From an uncultured Saprospiraceae bacterium (GTDB taxonomy: Bacteria; Bacteroidota; Bacteroidia; Chitinophagales; Saprospiraceae): a stretch of 48,114 bases of DNA. The position numbers and the translations under genes are program-made. The number at the start of each line of letters is the position of its first letter. Position 1 is the stretch's first letter. Below, piece after piece: positions 28,601 to 35,268 of this stretch. Location of the stretch: NCBI GenBank assembly GCA_947311105.1, contig CAMZKG010000090.1:1-48114 (forward strand). The letters run 5' to 3'. A model generated the notes under the pieces. That model was not told the origin of the DNA, did no database searches, and was given only the letters and a program-made list of their open reading frames with translations.

Positions 28601-31600
28601 TGCCCCAAAATGACGCCTATCACACGCTCATTGACAGTAGTATTTTTATTAGATTAAGAGGCAAGCATCCTTCCTTAAATATAGATTTTGAGCTCTGCGA
28701 CAAACTAGAATTAAGCGACAGTATTTCTTGGCAATTATCCATCAATAATACCTTAAACCAATCTTGCTCCAACCCTTTGGTGAGCGACGCCCCCAACCTA
28801 TGGCTTGCCCCGTCAACAGCCAATGGCTTAGTGGATGACTATCATTTATTTGACCAATCTACAGGACTAGAAATACCCATTCAAAATGGCATCTTCGCCC
28901 TTGATTCCTTGAAGCAATGTGACACCATTCGGCTACTTTTAACCGCTACCAATCACGACTGCTCAACAGCGAGCGTCCTTTTCAATTATGGCTGGAGCTG
29001 TACACCTTATACCGATCCAATCGAAACACCTTGTGTCTCTTTCGAGAAATCTTGCCAAGTCACTTCGCCACCTGGAGTCATTGACTTAATTCCTGACACA
29101 CTGCCCTTAGCTGCCGACCTATGCGAAGACATGCCTTTCTCCTACATCGAAGTGTTTGATGCTGGTCTTGGTGCTGTTTTTGATGTCACGCTCAACGCCC
29201 AGCTACCCCCAGGATTGATCATCAACACAGGTACAAGTGAAATCGAATGGCCTACAGGGAGTGGTAACTTTAGCCCGACTACGGATCCTATAGACATGGG
29301 CAATGGACTCTTTCAATGGAATATTACCGACGCCCTAGACACCCTAAAACATGGTCTCCCTGGTGTCAACTCCGCCCCTGCCAACTCTGCCACTATCCGA
29401 TTTAAAACATTGACTACTTGTGACTTCATTTCGGGTTCTTTTATTATTTATGCGGCTTCCGCCAAAAAGGTTTGCAGCCTTCCAACTAACAACATCGCCA
29501 AATTGGGTGCACCACTAAATATCTCTAGTGTTTCCGCCCCTTACTCCACCGCACTCACCATCGGGTCCAACGGACAGCCTGGTTGCTCGGACAGCCTAAC
29601 TATTAATGTCAACCTGAGCTTCTCTGACACCACTGGAAGCGGTGATGGGCTATTTGCACAGCTACCATTAAACACTTCCTACGTGCCTGGTTCGTGTGCC
29701 GGTAATTTCCCCAATTGCGAGCCGACTATTTCTGGCAATGAACTAAGCTGGATTTTACCGCAAGGGGTCGCTTCCGCAAATATTTCTTTCAAAATAATTG
29801 GATTTTTGGGGCAAGAATGCCAGTCCGTCGCCATCCCTTTTTATGCCACCACCCAAGCCAATGTGCTTTGTGTAGGCTCCAACCAAAATTGTAATATTAA
29901 AATTCAGACTGGAGCTCAAGCCACCACTGTCAACATCGTAAAATCCACTTTTACAATTAACTCTTTTATTGCTCATCCCGTTGCCGAAAATAATCAGTTG
30001 GTGGACTTAGAAATTGGCATTCAGAATGTCGGCATCTTGAACGAACAACCGATTACCGCAAAATTATATTATGACAATGATGGAGATGGCAGCCTTTCGA
30101 CGGGCGATTCTTTTATTCAGCCCTTTTCTTTTAATGAATTTTTGAACAATGGGGATGCCATCGTTTTGACTATTTTTGCGCAAGCGATATCCCCTTCGGA
30201 TGCCTGCAAACTAATGATTGTCATCGGTGAACCTGAAAATTGCGTCTGTGCCACCACCACCCTAAACATCCAAGCTCCTATATTATACCCTAGCTCCCAA
30301 ATAGATACAGTTTGTTCTGGTGAGATGATTACCATTGGACAACCTGCCATCGCTGGACACAATTATCAATGGGAAACCAATAATGCCATTGCCTGTTTGA
30401 CTTGCTCAGAGACCAGTTTTACGCAAGTGAATGAGACTTTTAATCCTATTACCCACCATCTACTATTAAAGGACAATGCCGATTGTCTAGTCAATTTCGA
30501 ATACACGGTGACGGTGCTCCCCAAGCCCCGCATTTGGTCTGCTGACGAGCAAGTCTGCCAAGGAAACATCGCCACCTTGGTCGCTTCTGACGGGGGCACT
30601 TACCAATGGCAAGGCGAAGGCATCACCGACCCGAACCAACAAATCCAAATGGTGAGCCCTATGTCAACGGGATTATATACCGTAACTATCACCAACGAAA
30701 AAGGTTGCCAAAACATTGATTCTGTGACAGTTATGGTCTTATCTAACCCCATTGCGGATGCGGGTAATGACGTATCTATCTGTCGTGGCAAAACTGCCCA
30801 ACTAGCTGCCAATGTGGACGCTGGATTGAACATTACCTGGACGCCAGGTTTCCCCAAACTTGACAACCCAAACATCTCCAACCCAAATATCTTAACTGAC
30901 GAAAACACCACATTTACGTTGACGGTTTCCAATGGCACCTGTGTCGCTTCTGACGATGTTCAGGTCAACTTTTTTGATGGTGTTGGGCTTACTATTAGTC
31001 AAGACACCGCCATCTGCCTAGGGGACACCGCCACGATAATCGTCCAAGGTGCTGACTCCTACATTTGGACACCGAACCTTCCAGGGATGTGCCAAAATAC
31101 AGATTGCTCCATCGTCCAAGTTGCGCCCACTTCGAGCCTTCACCTTACGGTAAAAGGAACAACAACAGAAGGCTGTACAGATACTATCGGTGTCCAAGTG
31201 ACCATCATTGAAGATACTTTAGTCACCAATACGGCAATGAATATTTGTAACGGGTCAAGCATTGTACTTTTTGGACAAACCGTGAATACAGCGGGCACTT
31301 ATTGTGACACGATAGAACATGCCGCAGGATGTTATGAAGTAAAATGCATCACTGTAAGCCTTCTCGACAGCATCATGGTGATGGACTCGGCACAAATTTG
31401 TGCTGGTAGTAGCTACCTTCTTGGCAATCAAGAATTGACCGAATCTGGTGTTTACTGCACCGACACCATTAGCTCCACGGGATGCGACAGTATGTATTGC
31501 CTAAACCTGCTAGTACTTCCCAACCCGTCCATTTCCATTACTCCTAACGAAGGATTTATCAAAATTGGCGATAGTCTTCAGCTAGAAGTCACGGGCAATT

Positions 31601-32040
31601 TCACCACTGTGATATGGTCTCCCGATGAAGCCATCAGCTGCATTGAATGCGTAAACCCTATCGTCTCACCTAGTCAGACAACGTGGTACTATGTTCAGGC
31701 GATTGATGCAAATGGCTGTCAATCAATAGATTCTATTTTAGTTAGTGTCCAAAGCCTATGTGATTTGGATATCGAAATCCCCAATGCTTTCACACCTAAT
31801 AATGACGGTATCAATGATTTTTTCAGGCTAGCTAATCTTAGCCCCAATCTCTCTAATGTTCAGATTGAAATTTTTAGTCGATGGGGTCAAAAGGTCTTTT
31901 CAGGAAAAGGCAACAGCGGCTGGGACGGAAAATATAAAGGCAAGGAATTGCCCGCAGATGCGTATGTCTATTTGATCGTATTAGATTGTGAAGCCGACGA
32001 AAAGAAAATGCTAAAAGGAGATGTTATTTTGTTGAGATAG
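25633..32040 (+). CDS. Giant (2135 aa) secreted protein with T9SS type B (gliding-motility-associated) C-terminal sorting domain
   Basis: Signal peptide MKHSHFYCLLVFLLFTTSVFGQ. About 1500 aa of unrecognised beta-rich sequence. Cys-containing Ig-like repeats follow at aa 1560-2030 (C.G....L.A.....Y.W). The C-terminus IPNAFTPNNDGINDFF...WGQKVF...GWDGKYKGKELPADAYVYLI matches the type B CTD. Confidence 0.85.
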   Translation: MKHSHFYCLLVFLLFTTSVFGQSISFTNPDIFSTCNDAEFKVDITNNTSSNFESVTVQFNFPCEIEYVVGSINGATEGDISDLAHPIFNLTNIPAGGTVTLTYMAHAPCAVNACVDAGQLFNYSLDLDYTGGQLHNVSSGDFDMETSLLVFTQVDAPILHGVKGQTILRTFTVRNTRPGAVKSFTFTDSHSPGLVIQTNVGTDISVSNNEFKLSLNGTDFTNIGDGDDLFEQDEELVIIEEIYIDICGQEQISVISNINLDWGCDAQICATFDFTAIIYVDLNTQVGDILAFDSVVVQPICYCSSQPLRESLTITNVSSLNDASNINIVFDPLLSGLSFLNRNVKLVANGDTTEITTNFDKISDAACIPSESSYSIMDFIIPSIPANESVTVFWDIEVCNTEMCNNNGVSWSYTGSYFKNCTLPTDTYHLIGQHSIMPTTLVSGAIEALPLEDNQLQTIKYHVGSLYLDSLSGTMKLAIELPCGMSIQNPVDWSFAGVAASNVDIATNGDNTLIDLTYPLPMPDSSGFVAIPVLFVKDTVCYPDIPTPKDSLLTSCSMVCVGQAGCEKTSSGAVINANVTLALDSACAPICHLQDCNIFTTTFTGSTSGVCIDTVPGYAAYTFDFFRTTYGQADNDNNHEPDGAGAIDLNAIRTDRAVYGDSLHADIQGVVITDLPNISFPYGYIQFRINPDSSFGIQPSLKAVELKKLLDPVTGFQNFDTHLRIFDKSAGTYYSCPIVPDGNAPILEGLTLQYYYDISPLSLIAAGGNVPQNYTYEKGDSILFEGDYRINYNFDNGSAFGFHSLLLSPTIFLSENPFPAPEDKFACNCQEEKLQIANITYFSQNGFSSSVDICGGTTLNGGVLLPFYYGVFPNFFPYEYRKTAALNQLKMPKIEGLKLKESFIEFATLNGQYILDYPDSTVVPYGSILIEPISFPNEDQEGFYIYDLSDFPDLFWDDNVYIRMKFNYENLGCKFTGLNNYQGQLSSDLLPQNDAYHTLIDSSIFIRLRGKHPSLNIDFELCDKLELSDSISWQLSINNTLNQSCSNPLVSDAPNLWLAPSTANGLVDDYHLFDQSTGLEIPIQNGIFALDSLKQCDTIRLLLTATNHDCSTASVLFNYGWSCTPYTDPIETPCVSFEKSCQVTSPPGVIDLIPDTLPLAADLCEDMPFSYIEVFDAGLGAVFDVTLNAQLPPGLIINTGTSEIEWPTGSGNFSPTTDPIDMGNGLFQWNITDALDTLKHGLPGVNSAPANSATIRFKTLTTCDFISGSFIIYAASAKKVCSLPTNNIAKLGAPLNISSVSAPYSTALTIGSNGQPGCSDSLTINVNLSFSDTTGSGDGLFAQLPLNTSYVPGSCAGNFPNCEPTISGNELSWILPQGVASANISFKIIGFLGQECQSVAIPFYATTQANVLCVGSNQNCNIKIQTGAQATTVNIVKSTFTINSFIAHPVAENNQLVDLEIGIQNVGILNEQPITAKLYYDNDGDGSLSTGDSFIQPFSFNEFLNNGDAIVLTIFAQAISPSDACKLMIVIGEPENCVCATTTLNIQAPILYPSSQIDTVCSGEMITIGQPAIAGHNYQWETNNAIACLTCSETSFTQVNETFNPITHHLLLKDNADCLVNFEYTVTVLPKPRIWSADEQVCQGNIATLVASDGGTYQWQGEGITDPNQQIQMVSPMSTGLYTVTITNEKGCQNIDSVTVMVLSNPIADAGNDVSICRGKTAQLAANVDAGLNITWTPGFPKLDNPNISNPNILTDENTTFTLTVSNGTCVASDDVQVNFFDGVGLTISQDTAICLGDTATIIVQGADSYIWTPNLPGMCQNTDCSIVQVAPTSSLHLTVKGTTTEGCTDTIGVQVTIIEDTLVTNTAMNICNGSSIVLFGQTVNTAGTYCDTIEHAAGCYEVKCITVSLLDSIMVMDSAQICAGSSYLLGNQELTESGVYCTDTISSTGCDSMYCLNLLVLPNPSISITPNEGFIKIGDSLQLEVTGNFTTVIWSPDEAISCIECVNPIVSPSQTTWYYVQAIDANGCQSIDSILVSVQSLCDLDIEIPNAFTPNNDGINDFFRLANLSPNLSNVQIEIFSRWGQKVFSGKGNSGWDGKYKGKELPADAYVYLIVLDCEADEKKMLKGDVILLR

Positions 32041-32198
32041 CGCAGGATGCCGAGCCAAACGACCGTTCGAGTATCTAGCAATCAGCTTACTGGACGCTAG
32101 AGCGTGGGATGCCGAGCCAAACGACCGTTCGGCTATCTAGCAATCAGCTTACTGGACGCTAGAGCGCAGAATGTCGAACCAAACGGCTTACTTTACTG
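32039..32198 (+). repeat. 62-bp tandem repeat, about 2.4 copies, between convergent genes
   Basis: Unit 1 (32039-32100) and unit 2 (32101-32162) differ at only a few positions (AGCG(C/T)(A/G)GGATGCCGAGCCAAACGACCGTTCG(A/G)(G/C)TATCTAGCAATCAGCTTACTGGACGCTAG). A third partial unit starts at 32163. Each unit contains AACGACCGTT, the core of the palindromic family. Confidence 0.9.
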
Positions 32199-32736
32199 AA
32201 TACTGATTATTCAACTGCCGCCAAAACTCCCAAACCAAAACTCCCAAGCTAACCGACACATTCAAAGAATGCTTAGTCCCAAACTGCCGAATTTCAATAG
32301 CCCCATCCATTTCCGCAAGGATCTCATCAGACACTCCATTCACTTCATTGCCAAAAACAAGCGCATACCCCTTTTTATTTTCCGGAAGGACAAACTCATC
32401 CAAGGGCAAACTAGCATCCGTCTGTTCAATAGCAAAAACGGACATCCCTGCCCGCTTGCATTGCGCGACAGCATCGCCCACCTGCTCAAAATGTGTCCAC
32501 GATACCGTAGCAGAAGCCCCAATAGCCGTTTTTAAAATTTCACGATGCGGCGGAGTTGCCGTAATCCCACAAAGTAATATCGACTGAAGCGCAAAAGCAT
32601 CAGCCGTCCGAAATGCAGAACCCACATTTAACCCCGAACGCACATTGTCCAAAATCAAAACAATCGGCACCTTCGGTACAGTCTTAAACTCATCTGGCGA
32701 CAGCCGTTCGAGTTCTAAAGTTTTTAGCTTACGCAA
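32188..32736 (-). CDS. TrmH/SpoU-family RNA 2'-O-methyltransferase
   Basis: 182 aa with TTG start. SpoU motifs LDNVRSGLNVGSAFRTADAF, LVFGNEVNGVS and SLNVSVSLGVLVWE. Confidence 0.8.
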   Translation of the reverse strand: MRKLKTLELERLSPDEFKTVPKVPIVLILDNVRSGLNVGSAFRTADAFALQSILLCGITATPPHREILKTAIGASATVSWTHFEQVGDAVAQCKRAGMSVFAIEQTDASLPLDEFVLPENKKGYALVFGNEVNGVSDEILAEMDGAIEIRQFGTKHSLNVSVSLGVLVWEFWRQLNNQYSVK

Positions 32737-32745
32737 AATAAATGA

Positions 32746-33072
32746 TTAAGAATTTTCAGTAAAAAGCTCTGTAGCCAAGCCAAAGTGATGCGCAAATTGC
32801 TGCATTTGCTCCGCCAAGTCTTTATTGCCCGTTGCATTAATATAAGTATCCGCCAAAGAGCGAAGCGTATAGTACATCAGCTGATCCATCTCACCAATCT
32901 GCAAATCTTCCGTCCAAAGGTCTAATTTCATCGTATCCTTGGTCGTCCTATCCAAAAAACTCAAAAGCATCCCTTTAGCGACTTGCTCTTTTCCGTCCTG
33001 ACCTATCCAAGTAATCTCTTTTGGGATTTTGTTGTCATTCAATTCAATCTCGATGGTAATGGTATTCTTCAT
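32746..33072 (-). CDS. gldC: Gliding motility-associated protein GldC
   Basis: 108 aa. The pattern IEIELNDNKIPKEITW..QDG....AKGMLLSFLD...KDTMKLDLWTEDLQIGEMDQLMYYTLRSLADTY matches my memory of the GldC family in size and motifs. Confidence 0.8.
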   Translation of the reverse strand: MKNTITIEIELNDNKIPKEITWIGQDGKEQVAKGMLLSFLDRTTKDTMKLDLWTEDLQIGEMDQLMYYTLRSLADTYINATGNKDLAEQMQQFAHHFGLATELFTENS

Positions 33073-33164
33073 GGTATTTTTTTTTGTTTCTCAACTGCTT
33101 AAAACGGGAATTGTTCATAGCATGCTAAAATAGCCCGAACCTACCTAATATCATAAAATCCCCG

Positions 33165-33172
33165 TATATTTG
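33165..33172 (+). promoter_or_regulatory. Candidate Bacteroidota -7 promoter element (TAtaTTTG) for the amidase operon
   Basis: Matches the TAnnTTTG consensus 36 nt upstream of ATG 33208. No clear -33 TTTG was found at the proper spacing. Confidence 0.3.
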
Positions 33173-33207
33173 ACGTAGGTATTGCAAACCGACCAAAAAA
33201 CCATCAA

Positions 33208-34581
33208 ATGAAAGCTACTTTTCTATTCTTTTGTGCTCTTTTTTACTCTTTTGGACTTTTTGCGCAAGCGCCCTACTTTACGGATGCCATCACCAAAATA
33301 GACTTCTCCACTGATTTTCAGCAAAATCCACAAGTCGTTAAAAAAACTAGTCGAATAGTTTTATCGCCTTCTACCCACCCACTGCTTTCGCAAAAATTAG
33401 CCATCCCCCTACAAAATCCAGAGCCGTTCATCACCGCAGCCCTACAATACGATGGCCCTTCCGATGAACAATTACTTGAGCAATTTGCCATTCGTTTTTC
33501 GAAAGATGGACTCAACTGGGCGAACTGGATTCCCATTTATGAAGACATGCACATTCCAGATGAAAGTCGGCAGAGCAATTTTACAGGACAACTCATTTTT
33601 GCGCAAGCGACTAATAAATATTTTCAACTAGCCATCTATCCCAAAGCCAACAAATCTATTGAATTTGATTTTATTCAAGTCGTTTTTTCGGCACCTGGAA
33701 AAAGTCAAAAAATTACTACCACGACACCATCCGTTAATACTCGTTCTGTATGCCCAATACCTAGCGTTCAATATCGTGGGGATTGGTGCAGCCTTGGAGA
33801 ATGTCCCTATGGAAGCAATCCTGCCTACACCACCGTCACCCACCTTATTGTACACCATTCCGCTGGCGAAAATGTTAGTGCAGATTGGGCAGCAGTAGTA
33901 CGATCCATTTGGCACTATCACGTGGACACTCATGGATGGAATGACATCGGTTACAACTGGCTTATTGACCCGAATGGTGTACTCTATGAAGGCCGACCAG
34001 ACAATGTGCGTGGGGCGCATTTTTCGGGGCACAATACAGGCACGTTAGGGGTATGCGTTTTAGGTAATTTTCATGATGCCAACCCCAAAATATCACCATC
34101 ACCCGCCGCCATCGAAACACTCGAACGCCTCCTTTGCTGGAAGTCGGAAAAAGAAAACATCAATCCCTTAGCCACTAAATATCACGCATCATCTGGACTC
34201 CATCTTAAAACCATTGCGGGACATCGAGATAGTGGATCAGGCACGGCTTGCCCCGGAGACTCCCTTTACATTCAGCTGCCTGACATCCGAATTTTTGTGG
34301 ATAGTTTATTGCATCCAGTATCTATTTTCTCACCAATCAAAAATAGTGGGCTAATAACGATTTCACCGACGCTTGCGCAAAACAATATCCAGCTAAGATA
34401 CACATCACCTTACCATCCAAATCTTCACTACCAAATTATTTATCCTTCCGGAAAAATAGTACAACAAGCTGATTTTCAAGAAGATACAGCCATTAATATT
34501 ACTAATTTCCCGAAAGGTATGTTCTTTATTAAAGTCATTGGAAAAGAAACTTTGGATATTTTCAGAATAATTAAAAACTAA
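33208..34581 (+). CDS. N-acetylmuramoyl-L-alanine amidase (PGRP/Amidase_2 type) with T9SS type A C-terminal sorting domain
   Basis: Signal peptide MKATFLFFCALFYSFGLFAQA. Amidase_2 motifs HLIVHHSAG, WNDIGYNWLIDPNGVLYEGR, GAHFSGHNTGTLGVCVLGNF and GHRD...TACPG. The C-terminal roughly 75 aa resemble a Por_Secre_tail domain (GMFFIKVIGKE...). Confidence 0.85.
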   Translation: MKATFLFFCALFYSFGLFAQAPYFTDAITKIDFSTDFQQNPQVVKKTSRIVLSPSTHPLLSQKLAIPLQNPEPFITAALQYDGPSDEQLLEQFAIRFSKDGLNWANWIPIYEDMHIPDESRQSNFTGQLIFAQATNKYFQLAIYPKANKSIEFDFIQVVFSAPGKSQKITTTTPSVNTRSVCPIPSVQYRGDWCSLGECPYGSNPAYTTVTHLIVHHSAGENVSADWAAVVRSIWHYHVDTHGWNDIGYNWLIDPNGVLYEGRPDNVRGAHFSGHNTGTLGVCVLGNFHDANPKISPSPAAIETLERLLCWKSEKENINPLATKYHASSGLHLKTIAGHRDSGSGTACPGDSLYIQLPDIRIFVDSLLHPVSIFSPIKNSGLITISPTLAQNNIQLRYTSPYHPNLHYQIIYPSGKIVQQADFQEDTAINITNFPKGMFFIKVIGKETLDIFRIIKN

Positions 34582-34584
34582 ACC

Positions 34585-35256
34585 ATGAAAACAAAATCAC
34601 TCTTTATAATTCTCTCTTTTTTCCTTTGGACTAGTTGCGCTCCAACCAGCAACAACCAGAATACTGAATCTAGTAACCCAACTGCAAAACAGACGAACGA
34701 CCGTTCGTCTCAACATTCCACACACCCAGAGACCAGTAACCAGAGACCAGAGACCAGCGACCCAACTGCCAACCAGACGAACGGCCGTTCGTCTCAACAT
34801 CCCACACATCAGGAATCCAACAACAAGCAAGCTGCAACATCCAAACACGGAATAAAATACACTCTTCCATCCAGCTGGAAAACCACCACAGAAGAATTTA
34901 AAGCAACTGACCTTAAAGGAAAAACCATATCCATCCAAACAAGCTATCAAGACAGTAAGGACCAATCAACCATCGATATGACTTTCCATCCTGGCGAAAA
35001 AGGAAAAAGTATATATGCCTACAAATTAAAGAAAATGGGCAAAAATATGAAGCGAATTATTATTAATAACAAAGAAGCCATCCAAACTACCGAACTATTA
35101 AAAACAGATGGAAAAGGACATCAACTAAAAAATCCAACCAAAAGAATCACCGTCAGCTTATTAACCCCAAAAGGAGAGATTGACTTTGTGCTTAATGCCA
35201 ATAACCAAGCCGCAGAAAATACTTTTAATGACTTCATTTCTAAGATTGAATTCTAA
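34585..35256 (+). CDS. Small lipoprotein of unknown function (candidate immunity or accessory protein)
   Basis: 223 aa. Lipobox LWTSC, then an 85-aa low-complexity T/S/Q/N/P linker, then a roughly 135-aa globular part (YTLPSSWKTTTEEF...). Starts 3 nt after the amidase stop and ends 12 nt before the GH25 start. Confidence 0.7.
   Translation: MKTKSLFIILSFFLWTSCAPTSNNQNTESSNPTAKQTNDRSSQHSTHPETSNQRPETSDPTANQTNGRSSQHPTHQESNNKQAATSKHGIKYTLPSSWKTTTEEFKATDLKGKTISIQTSYQDSKDQSTIDMTFHPGEKGKSIYAYKLKKMGKNMKRIIINNKEAIQTTELLKTDGKGHQLKNPTKRITVSLLTPKGEIDFVLNANNQAAENTFNDFISKIEF
34676..34808 (+). repeat. Two in-frame copies of the palindromic element (P4 core 34691-34710; P5 core 34775-34794) within an 84-bp tandem duplication
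   Basis: The 49-nt blocks 34676-34724 and 34760-34808 differ at 4 positions. Both are translated as (K/N)QTN(D/G)RSSQH. Confidence 0.9.
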
Positions 35257-35268
35257 ACCCCACCAACT

